Origin: Candidatus Fermentibacteraceae bacterium
GTDB taxonomy: Bacteria > Fermentibacterota > Fermentibacteria > Fermentibacterales > JCC-6
NCBI GenBank assembly: GCA_027067855.1
Contig: JAMOUX010000044.1
Coordinates: forward strand, 3,965-67,964
Direction of reading: 5' to 3'
Length of the DNA stretch: 64,000 nucleotides
Shown: one piece after another, positions 1 to 7,691 of the stretch
Numbering within the stretch: position 1 is the first letter of the stretch
Layout: the number at the start of each line of letters is the position of its first letter
Position numbers and translations under genes: made by a program
The notes under the pieces: generated by a model
What the model was told of the DNA's origin: nothing
The model's database searches: none
What the model saw: only the letters and a program-made list of their open reading frames with translations

Positions 1-214
1 GTACGAATCCCACTATTTCCGGCCTAAAATACTGAACCACTCCCGCCCGATGCAAACCCAGGGCGCCGGCCATGTCCCTCTGGAAACAGGCCACGCATAC
101 CCCCATGTTCGAAGGGTTGCCCAGAAGCACCAGGACAGGGGCGAGAATTCCCACGAGAATTCCGGTGAAAACAGGCGAAGTAAAGATTTTACCCGGGTTC
201 GTCTCCATTTTCAT
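1..214 (-). CDS. yedE: YedE-family putative selenium/sulfur transporter (N-terminal part; runs off the window edge)
   Basis: Absent from the ORF track. Manual translation from ATG at 214 gives MKMETNPGKIFTSPVFTGILVGILAPVLVLLGNPSNMGVCVACFQRDMAGALGLHRAGVVQYFRPEIVGFV, with the GNPxNMGxCxACFxRDxAGALGLH...QYxRPEI signature. The start overlaps the upstream stop (ATGA). Confidence 0.85.
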   Translation of the reverse strand, partial: MKMETNPGKIFTSPVFTGILVGILAPVLVLLGNPSNMGVCVACFQRDMAGALGLHRAGVVQYFRPEIVGFV

Positions 215-429
215 ATCGCGACTATCCTCTCGTAATTCACACCGTGTTTCTCGACAACTTCAAGAACCTTGACGACCTGCGCACTCTCGAACCTCAACAC
301 CACGCCGCAGTTCGAACTTATCTTCCGCGGAGTCGGAATCAGTTTGCATTCTATTCCATTCTCCTTCATCAGCTTCTCTGATATCAGGGCATGGCTTATC
401 GATGGCATGAGCATCACGGAGTAAGTCAT
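211..429 (-). CDS. DUF3343-family small putative Se/S carrier protein
   Basis: C-terminal 72 aa of ORF 211..732: MTYSVMLMPSISHALISEKLMK...LIPTPRKISSNCG. ATGA overlap with the yedF stop. Confidence 0.75.
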   Translation of the reverse strand: MTYSVMLMPSISHALISEKLMKENGIECKLIPTPRKISSNCGVVLRFESAQVVKVLEVVEKHGVNYERIVAI

Positions 430-1031
430 ATCGTAACCGTTTTCCGGGACAGGAGAATCGTTTCGGCAATAGTGTACATGTTGGATACCCGGCCCACCAG
501 CACATCCTCCAGGAGGCCGAAACGGTCCAGGCAGGTACCGCAAACCAGTATGTCCGCCCCGGAAGATTCCAGTGCGGCGAGATCGTCGATAACGGGTGAA
601 CCTTTTACGGCGAGTTTCACGCCGGAATTGTAGAGAATCACCGTCCTGGGCGGTACGTCGATCTCCGTGAGGGTATGCATGAATGCCCCGGTCAATATTT
701 CTCCCAACTCGTCGTCGCCCGAACCCATGCACCGGGAATTAATCACCAGGACACATCCGTCTTCCGGGGATTCTCCGTCCGAAGCATCTCGAACATCTTT
801 CATCCCGGTTTCAACCGTATCCTCTCCCCCGGTCACTTCGACGCGATATCCTTCTTCCGTTCCTTCTATCTGCACACTACAGTTCATGGACCGGGCATAA
901 CCCGCAACATTGGCCGCCTGTTCCCGTTTGGAAACCAGCACCACGAATCCGCCGGAGCCTTCCTTTATCCGCTTCTTCGTCAACAACACCGGCTGGGGGC
1001 ACGGAAGCCCTTTGGCATCGATAACGTCCAT
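426..1031 (-). CDS. yedF: Selenium metabolism protein YedF (TusA/SirA domain plus DsrE-like domain)
   Basis: N-terminal DAKGLPCPQPV (TusA CPxP motif); C-terminal YNSGVKL...ILVCGTCL...GRVSNMY. Confidence 0.88.
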   Translation of the reverse strand: MDVIDAKGLPCPQPVLLTKKRIKEGSGGFVVLVSKREQAANVAGYARSMNCSVQIEGTEEGYRVEVTGGEDTVETGMKDVRDASDGESPEDGCVLVINSRCMGSGDDELGEILTGAFMHTLTEIDVPPRTVILYNSGVKLAVKGSPVIDDLAALESSGADILVCGTCLDRFGLLEDVLVGRVSNMYTIAETILLSRKTVTI

Positions 1032-1044
1032 CCCTTCCCTCTCT

Positions 1045-2103
1045 TCAGACCAGGTTCAACCCCGTACCTTCTTCCACTCTGCCTATATCGTAGAGTTCCA
1101 TTCCATGTTCCTCCGCATAATCACGCAAGCGTCCGGCTACGGCTTCGGGGGCGGTCAGCAACAGTCCTCCCGAAGTCTCGGGAGTATGTATCAACCTGAA
1201 TATCTCCTCCTCGACGTCTTTCCCCCTACGGATTTTCGATTCGAAGGCAGCCAGGTTCCTGCAGGTGCCCCCCGGGAAAAGCCAATTCTCGGCGTACTCC
1301 TCGGCTCCGTCCAGAAACGGCAGGGAGGAAATATCGATCGTCATCATCACTCCGCTGCGGTCGGCGATTTCGAGTACGTGTCCCGCAAGACCGAAGCCGG
1401 TCACGTCGGTACACGCGGTAGCCCCCATCGAAACCGCCATACCCGAACACCCGGAATTCAACCGGAGCATGGACTCCATGGCGCTTTTCAAGTGATCCTC
1501 GGACGCCGCGTTCCCGGCGGCCGCCGATGTGATTATTCCGGTTCCCAGAGGTTTACTGAGAAACACGATGTCACCCGCATTCGCGCCGTCCTTGGAAAGA
1601 ACTTCCGAGGGTTTGGCGAATCCGAGCACCGCGAGACCGTAGAAAGGTTCCTTAGACATTACCGTGTGCCCCCCGGCAAGGATCGCACCGGCCTCGGATA
1701 TCTTCGAGGCCCCCCCCTGGAAAATCCCCGTTATGAGATCATGGGGCATTTCTTCCGGAAACCCGGCAACGTTGAGGGCAAGCACTACCCTGCCGCCCAT
1801 GGCGTAGACATCACTCATGGAATTGGCGGCGGCTATGGCTCCGTACGTGAACGGATCATCCGCCACCGGGGTAAGGAAATCCACCGTGAGTATCACGGCG
1901 AGATCTTCCGAAACCCTGTAAACGGCGGCATCATCCGCGCTGTCCAGCCCGTACATGACATGTTCGTCATGCATCACCGGAATAATGTCGCCGAAACATT
2001 CGAGGATATCGGAAAGGGCCTCCGGCCCCATCTTGGCAGCTCAACCCACCGAGGCAGCCATGGTGGTCAGCCGTACCTTGCGCGTACCCTTATCCTTACC
2101 CAT
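1045..2103 (-). CDS. selD: Selenide, water dikinase (selenophosphate synthetase), selenoprotein with Sec at codon 21
   Basis: Motifs DDAAVY, TVDFLTP, AANSMSDVYAMGG, TDVTGFGLAGH, PETSGGLL. The frame extends upstream through TGA (2043-2041) to ATG 2103: MGKDKGTRKVRLTTMAASVG-U-AAKMGPEAL, placing U at the catalytic G(C/U)xxK position. Confidence 0.95.
2016..2028 (-). promoter_or_regulatory. SECIS-like stem-loop in selD
   Basis: GGGCC-GGA-GGCCC hairpin; the G-starting loop begins 18 nt 3' of the in-frame UGA. Confidence 0.65.
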
Positions 2104-3263
2104 TATGCATTCCCGCCTTTCACTATCTCAGCGACCGCTTCGACCGCCGTTTCCATTTCTTCCCCCGTATTAAAAACACCGGGGCTGAATCGAACGGTAC
2201 CGGACGGATAGGTGCCCAACGTTCTGTGTGCCCACGGGGAGCAATGCAAACCCACCCGGCACATGATTCCATACCGCTCGTTCAGCATGCCGCCCAACTG
2301 GTCGCAACGGTATCCTTCAATGATAAACGACAGTACCGGGGCCGAACCCGTTCTTCGGGGATCTCCCTGGATCTTCAACCCCGGTATCCCATCCAACCCG
2401 TCGACGAGCAACCGGGTCAGCTTCCTCTTCTTTTCCATGGTGTTCTTTTCTTCCCGCTCTTCCAGCCACGTGACGGAAGCGAGCAGACCCGCGATTCCGC
2501 AGGAATTCAGGGTTCCGGCCTCGAACCTGTCCGGAAGGAAATCCGGATGTTCATCGGATTCCGAGCGACTGCCGGTACCTCCCGTGTAAAGAGGCTCCAT
2601 CACCGTGTAGTCGAATTCGTCCGCGAAAACCAGGCCGCCTATCCCGGTCGGACCCAGAAGCCCCTTGTGCCCCGAAAATGCCAGTATATCCACTCCCAGA
2701 CGTCTTATATCAACATCGACGCAGCCCGCCGACTGGGCGGTATCGAGAAGCACCGGAACACCCCGTTCCCGTGCCGCCGCGGCTATCTCCCGGACCGGCT
2801 GAACCGTACCGCAAACATTGGATGCATGGTTGAGCACCAGCAGGGACGCCTTGCCTTTCTTCAACCTTTTCCGGACGTCATCGGGATCGAGAAGACCCGC
2901 GGAGGAACAGGGTATGATTTCAACCGTCACCCCGCGTGATTCTTCCAGCATCCGCAGAGGTCTCATAACGGAATTGTGTTCCATGGAAGAGGTCAGGACC
3001 CTGTCTCCAGGTTTCAGCATTCCCTGCAGAACAATGTTGAGGGACACGGTCATGCCGCCTGTGAAGACCACCCTAAGGGGATCCGAAACCCCGAAGAACC
3101 TTGACAGGGCTATCCTCGCTTCCAAAACCTTGCGACCGGCATCGATGGCAAGGCTGTGACCGGCGCGTGAGGGGTTCGCCGCGTATCGTTTTATAAAATC
3201 GGATACGCTCCGGTGAACCTCCGGCGGTTTCGGCCATGAGGTCGCTGCATTGTCAAGGTACAT
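2103..3263 (-). CDS. Cysteine desulfurase / selenocysteine lyase-like class V aminotransferase
   Basis: YLDNAATSWPKP, FSGHKGLLGPTG (PLP lysine), RVGLHCSP (catalytic Cys). SD GGAGGAG upstream; TAATG overlap with the selD start. Confidence 0.9.
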   Translation of the reverse strand: MYLDNAATSWPKPPEVHRSVSDFIKRYAANPSRAGHSLAIDAGRKVLEARIALSRFFGVSDPLRVVFTGGMTVSLNIVLQGMLKPGDRVLTSSMEHNSVMRPLRMLEESRGVTVEIIPCSSAGLLDPDDVRKRLKKGKASLLVLNHASNVCGTVQPVREIAAAARERGVPVLLDTAQSAGCVDVDIRRLGVDILAFSGHKGLLGPTGIGGLVFADEFDYTVMEPLYTGGTGSRSESDEHPDFLPDRFEAGTLNSCGIAGLLASVTWLEEREEKNTMEKKRKLTRLLVDGLDGIPGLKIQGDPRRTGSAPVLSFIIEGYRCDQLGGMLNERYGIMCRVGLHCSPWAHRTLGTYPSGTVRFSPGVFNTGEEMETAVEAVAEIVKGGNA

Positions 3264-3264
3264 C

Positions 3265-3423
3265 TATGCTCTCCTCCATGCTGGGCCTTCAGCGGGCCAC
3301 ACGGTGGAGCTGCATAAATATCAGGAAGCTGGTACGCTTCCCTTCAAACGACAGGAACACCGACTACCCGTTGAAAGCCGTCCAGAGTACCAACCGGTAC
3401 CCTGCACTCGATTTCACGTGCAG
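3265..3423 (-). ncRNA. Candidate structured cis-regulatory leader RNA of the selenium operon
   Basis: Series of stems on the mRNA strand: CUGCAC/GUGCAG, CAGGGUACC/GGUACUCUG, CUUUCAA/UUGAAGG, GGAAGC/GCUUCC, and UAUGC..CUCCA/UGGAG..GCAUA, which encloses the SD. Confidence 0.4.
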
Positions 3424-3482
3424 CGGTGATACAACGTGATCAAAACGGCTTCCTTTCCGTCAGATTGGTAATACCTTCAGTG

Positions 3483-3510
3483 AATATAATCCCGTGAAAA
3501 TCGCTGACAA
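3483..3510 (-). promoter_or_regulatory. Putative sigma70 promoter of the selenium operon
   Basis: TTGTCA-N16-TATATT on the minus strand. Confidence 0.45.
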
Positions 3511-3710
3511 GTGTTTCCTGGTAAATTAGGAGTTTATGCCATCGGATCGAATACTTCCCGCCACACGTGTGGTCATGACCTTTTATCGAATAATACGGGC
3601 ATCGGCTTGACGTCCGGCACCGGCGTCCGTATCCTCGTACCCTGCGGCAGGTGCCGCGAAAAGTCCGGTTCCGCCGGAATGCATAAGTATTAAAAACCTG
3701 GAGTCGATTC

Positions 3711-3992
3711 ATGGACTGGAAAGTATTCGCAACGGTTTTCAGCACGGTCTTCGTCGCCGAACTGGGAGATAAGACTCAGATCGCAACCATGTTATTCTCC
3801 GCGAACAAGGACGGAAACAGGTTAACCGTCTTTCTTGCCGCATCCGTAGCCCTGGTGCTTGCTTCCGCTATCGGGGTTCTCGCCGGCAGCCTGTTGTCCA
3901 GGTACCTGGATGCCAGGTTTATACAGTACGTAGCCGGAGCACTTTTCATGGCAATCGGCGCAATTATCCTGTATGGCGCCATCACCGCGTGA
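3711..3992 (+). CDS. TMEM165/GDT1 (UPF0016) single-repeat Mn2+/Ca2+ transporter
   Basis: VFVAELGDKTQIATM motif; three hydrophobic segments. Confidence 0.9.
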   Translation: MDWKVFATVFSTVFVAELGDKTQIATMLFSANKDGNRLTVFLAASVALVLASAIGVLAGSLLSRYLDARFIQYVAGALFMAIGAIILYGAITA

Positions 3993-4085
3993 CGGTGATC
4001 CGGACGGATATCCTCCGCCGGCTACGAATCGCCCGGTGAATATGACAAGTGCACGGTTGCAGGGATCCGGGATGAACAACCCGGA

Positions 4086-4649
4086 TCATCGGTCGAAACG
4101 AACCGCCAAACGGCCCCGCTCATCAAAGGGTGCGCCCTCCATCCTAAGCAACCTGGTTTTCATAACCGTTCCACCCTGGTAGCCTCCCACCGCTCCGTTC
4201 CACGAAACGGTCCTGTGACATGGAATAACCAGCGGAAAGGGATTCTCCGCCAAAACCCGTCCCACGAACCTGGCCGCCCTCGTCCCCAAGGCCTCAGATG
4301 CCACCTCGCCATAAGTTCTCACTTCTCCCCTGGGGATACGGCGCTGCACTTCAAGCACCCTTTTCGCATTGGGACCCAGACCGGAAAAATCCAGCGCCGG
4401 ATTGCCGAAATCCACCCGGGCTCCTTCCAGTAATTTCACGATTTTACGCGCCAGGTCCGATACCACATCGGCGGTGGCCGCCACCGCTTCCGGAAACATG
4501 TCGATCGCCAGTTCCGATGCGCAGACCGTATTACCGCCCGGAAAAATACGTCGGATGTTGATCCCGGCGCTTACTTCGAACCATACGACGGCGACTTCAC
4601 CAAAACGGGTATTGAAAACATGCATGCCCGGACGCGACACAGTCTTCAT
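4086..4649 (-). CDS. ogt: Methylated-DNA-[protein]-cysteine S-methyltransferase (MGMT family)
   Basis: IPRGEVRTYGEVA...ARFVG...NPFPLVIPCHRTV. Start codon uncertain. Confidence 0.85.
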   Translation of the reverse strand: MKTVSRPGMHVFNTRFGEVAVVWFEVSAGINIRRIFPGGNTVCASELAIDMFPEAVAATADVVSDLARKIVKLLEGARVDFGNPALDFSGLGPNAKRVLEVQRRIPRGEVRTYGEVASEALGTRAARFVGRVLAENPFPLVIPCHRTVSWNGAVGGYQGGTVMKTRLLRMEGAPFDERGRLAVRFDR

Positions 4650-4760
4650 TTTCGAATCCGGCTCAAACGGTCCGCCGGCACATCCTTTACGCCGCCACGG
4701 AACCGGCCCGTGCGGATATCTCGCCCCGTTCGTCCTCATCCGCCTTCAACCCCATTGCGG

Positions 4761-6128
4761 TCAAACCCTTTTCATCTTCACCATCGTTCTCTTCAAATTC
4801 CTGGGCCCCAGGACCGTCCGCATGGTCTTCAGCAATCTCCTGGGATTCGTATAAAACTTCCAGAACGCCTTCTTCTTCAGTTTTTCTATCTCCGACGGGG
4901 TAATACCTTCAAGCCGGTATACCGAATTGTGAAAGCAGTCGAACTCGCAGTAATCCTTGTCTATCAGTTCCTTCGTCCTGTCCCACAGAACCGTGTGGGG
5001 AAAAGGGGTGGTTATGTCGAATATCGCGTCGTCGAATGGCTCGGCCGCCGCGAAATTTATGGTTTTCATCATTTCTTCCCTGGTTTCTCCCGGGGCTCCC
5101 AGCATGAAATATCCCTGTACCACCAGGCCCCTCTCCTTCGCCATCCTGACCGCTCTTCTGACTCCCTCGACGGTTATACCCTTTTCGTAGATTTCATCGA
5201 GTACTCTCTGGGAAGCGGATTCGACTCCCATGTTCACCTTCGACAAACCCGCCCGTACCATGTGATCCAGGAGGTCTTCATTCAGCAGATCGGCCCGGAC
5301 ATTGCAACACCACTTAAGATCAAGGCCGCTTTCGATCAGGGCATCGCATATCCCGTGAACCCATCCCCCATCCACGACAAACGTCGAGTCTTCGAACATG
5401 AAGGCATCTATGCCGTAATCCGATACCAGGAGTTCCAGTTCCGCCAGGATTGATCCGGCGGATCTCTTCCTCATCCTTTTACCGAAAATTTCGCTCAGGG
5501 TCGGCTGACAGAACGTGCACTTGAAGGGGCATCCCCTGGTCGCCATTATCGAGGTGCCCCTGAGATCGGGGTCCACCCTGTCCATGGAATACCACGTCTC
5601 GAAGTACTTCTCCATGTCGAACATGGACCTGTCCGGCAGGGGCAGTTCGTCAAGATCGCGAACCAGCAGAAGCCCCGGAGTCCTGAATATCTCTCCGTCC
5701 TTCATCATGGTGAAGCCGGGAATATCCGCGGGATTCTCACCATTCACGAACCTTCTCCAGGCCGTCTCGGCTTCCCCGGAGTAGACCAGGTCCGCATTCG
5801 TCCTTCTGAGGGTGTCTTCAGGAAGCACAGTGGCATGCGGACCACCAACCACCAGCAGCGCATCCGGAAGTTCCTCCCTCACTATCCCGGCCGTTCTCAC
5901 GGCATCCGCAAGCTGGGGAGTCAGCACCGATATGCCGACGGTATCCGGTCGGTAACCGGACAACACCGCCCGAAGTTCTTCGAAAGGATGCTCCATGAAA
6001 GACATATCGAATACCTTGACATCCAGTCCTTCACCACGGGAAACGGCGGTCAGCATCCCGATTCCCAGGGGAGGCTGCCCGGAAGGATATCTCGTCTCGG
6101 GAAATACGAACAACACCTTGTCCATCAT
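4761..6128 (-). CDS. Cobalamin-binding radical SAM protein (class B methyltransferase-like)
   Basis: PPLGIGML and VVGGPHAT (B12-binding domain); TRGCPFKCTFC (CxxxCxxC); GVESAS; FMLGAPGET. Confidence 0.9.
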   Translation of the reverse strand: MMDKVLFVFPETRYPSGQPPLGIGMLTAVSRGEGLDVKVFDMSFMEHPFEELRAVLSGYRPDTVGISVLTPQLADAVRTAGIVREELPDALLVVGGPHATVLPEDTLRRTNADLVYSGEAETAWRRFVNGENPADIPGFTMMKDGEIFRTPGLLLVRDLDELPLPDRSMFDMEKYFETWYSMDRVDPDLRGTSIMATRGCPFKCTFCQPTLSEIFGKRMRKRSAGSILAELELLVSDYGIDAFMFEDSTFVVDGGWVHGICDALIESGLDLKWCCNVRADLLNEDLLDHMVRAGLSKVNMGVESASQRVLDEIYEKGITVEGVRRAVRMAKERGLVVQGYFMLGAPGETREEMMKTINFAAAEPFDDAIFDITTPFPHTVLWDRTKELIDKDYCEFDCFHNSVYRLEGITPSEIEKLKKKAFWKFYTNPRRLLKTMRTVLGPRNLKRTMVKMKRV

Positions 6129-6559
6129 CGCTCCCGGCGAACTTTACGAACCCCGCACCGCCATTTCCGGCCCGGGGAATTCACGTCTTTCTTTCTTTCT
6201 TCCGGCCACGTGCGGGCTCCCGGTGACTAAAGCGGCTCGTCCGTTCATAAGATGCAATCCGCACACCCAGTCGACCGGAAACCGCGCCCCCGTTCATGAA
6301 GTTCGAAAACCCGGCCCATATTTATTCTCATGTACGTTCGTACGGGGACACACCGGCTTCTTATCATACTTCCGGGGGGTACCTTTTGCAATTTGAAGGA
6401 CTTCCCGGAACACCTCCCGGAAGGAAAGAACGCACGCCATTCATGTAATTCCAAGCGAACACGCGGTCCGCCGGAAGAACAGTTCGCAGGGACGTATCGC
6501 GTCCTCCGACTTTTCGAAGACGGACGAAGAATGTATTGTTCCCCTGAAAGGAGTTCGAC

Positions 6560-7003
6560 ATGGCTGTTTTCCTTACTGTACTTTCCATCATAACCGCAAT
6601 ACCCGGGGACGGAGCATTCGAGCTTGGCGCAATACTCGGTGAACCCACCGGCATCTCCCTCAAATACTGGACCGGTGCAAGCACCGCCCTGGATGGAGCG
6701 GTGTCCTGGTCGCTCAGGACCGGTAGAGGCGACTGGCTCTACATTCACTGGGATTACCTCTGGCACAACTTCCATCTCATCAAGGATGAAAGCGTCGATA
6801 TCCCTCTATACTACGGCATCGGCGGCAGAACAGTCCTTGGAGGCGGAGATACCTGGCTGGGCCTGAGATTTCCCGTGGGGCTTTCGTGGCTTCTGAACGG
6901 AGCGCCCCTGGATATCTTTCTTGAATTGGCAGGGGTGATCAACTTGGTGCCCGGCACCGATTTCGACATCAACGGAGGATTAGGCATCAGGTACGTCTTC
7001 TGA
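6560..7003 (+). CDS. Small outer-membrane beta-barrel protein (DUF3996-like)
   Basis: Signal peptide, LGAILGEPTGISLKYW, alternating beta strands, C-terminal GIRYVF; SD GAAAGGAG. Confidence 0.65.
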   Translation: MAVFLTVLSIITAIPGDGAFELGAILGEPTGISLKYWTGASTALDGAVSWSLRTGRGDWLYIHWDYLWHNFHLIKDESVDIPLYYGIGGRTVLGGGDTWLGLRFPVGLSWLLNGAPLDIFLELAGVINLVPGTDFDINGGLGIRYVF

Positions 7004-7013
7004 CGGATGAGAG

Positions 7014-7039
7014 TGCACGGGGGCGTACGCCCCCGTGCA
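7014..7039. terminator. Perfect 26-bp inverted repeat between convergent genes; probable bidirectional terminator
   Basis: TGCACGGGGGCGTACGCCCCCGTGCA, extendable by ATGAGAG/CTCTCAT. Confidence 0.7.
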
Positions 7040-7051
7040 ACCCTCTCATGC

Positions 7052-7615
7052 TCAGTTTCTCGGACCTGTTGGCAGAACGGTCTTCCCGAACTTTTCGTTC
7101 AACACTTCCGCCGCGGCGAGGTAGATCGCCGAAAAGCCGCAGATTATTCCCTCGAAACCCGTCATCCTGCCGAACCATTCCGGCATCCGGAACCAGTGTT
7201 CCAGCGCAAGAAGCCAGAACAGCACGGTCAGGCTGGCGAATACGAATTGCAGGGACCTGTTGGTTCCCCAGGTACCGAACCACATCCAGAAAGTGAACAG
7301 CCCCCACATGAACAGATACCATCCCAGGAATACGGGATCGAAATCGTACCATCCGAACCTTCCACCCAGGAAGATGAAAACCAGGGAAAGCCAGAACAGA
7401 CCGTAACTGGTGAATGCCGTGGTTCCGAAAGTGTTTCCCTTCCGAAACTCCATCACGCCGGCTATGACCTGGGCCATTCCTCCGTAGAAAATACCCATGG
7501 CCAGTATCATTATGTCGTTACCGAAAAAACCCGCGTTGTGCAGATTGAGGAGCACTGTGGTCATGCCGAATCCCATCAACCCCAAGGGGGCGGGATTTGA
7601 AAGTTTATCGCTCAT
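7052..7615 (-). CDS. satP: Acetate uptake transporter, GPR1/FUN34/YaaH (SatP) family
   Basis: NPAPLGLMGFGMTTVLLNLHNAG; GNTFGTTAFTSYGLFW. Confidence 0.93.
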   Translation of the reverse strand: MSDKLSNPAPLGLMGFGMTTVLLNLHNAGFFGNDIMILAMGIFYGGMAQVIAGVMEFRKGNTFGTTAFTSYGLFWLSLVFIFLGGRFGWYDFDPVFLGWYLFMWGLFTFWMWFGTWGTNRSLQFVFASLTVLFWLLALEHWFRMPEWFGRMTGFEGIICGFSAIYLAAAEVLNEKFGKTVLPTGPRN

Positions 7616-7640
7616 ACGGCCTCCAATCCTGCATCAGTCG

Positions 7641-7668
7641 ATTCGGCACGCCGGAAGGCGTGCCGAAT
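7641..7668. terminator. 12-bp-stem hairpin between kbl and satP (terminator or RNA-stabilising element)
   Basis: ATTCGGCACGCC-GGAA-GGCGTGCCGAAT; no clear U-tract. Confidence 0.5.
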
Positions 7669-7691
7669 ACATCGTCGCTTCCAAGAACGGC

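Noticed and set aside
910-2211. Long + strand ORFs such as 910..2211, 22512..24113, 27031..28419, 34493..36220, 37015..38967, 42307..43860 and 55783..57561
   Set aside because: They are antisense shadows of well-supported minus-strand genes in GC-rich DNA and have no recognisable motifs.
3324-3420. tRNA-Sec look-alike (GGAAG start and CTTCAAA on the + strand near selD)
   Set aside because: No anticodon stem around CTTCAAA, no GTTCGA T-loop and no acceptor stem.
3526-3585. yybP-ykoY manganese riboswitch upstream of the UPF0016 gene
   Set aside because: Only fragments resemble it (AGGAGT...GACCTTT); the GGGGAGUAGC and CAAGACC core and the four-way junction are not convincing. An Rfam scan would settle it.
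6186-6201. Short (TCTT)n tract upstream of the radical SAM gene
   Set aside because: Only about four units, too short to argue for phase variation.
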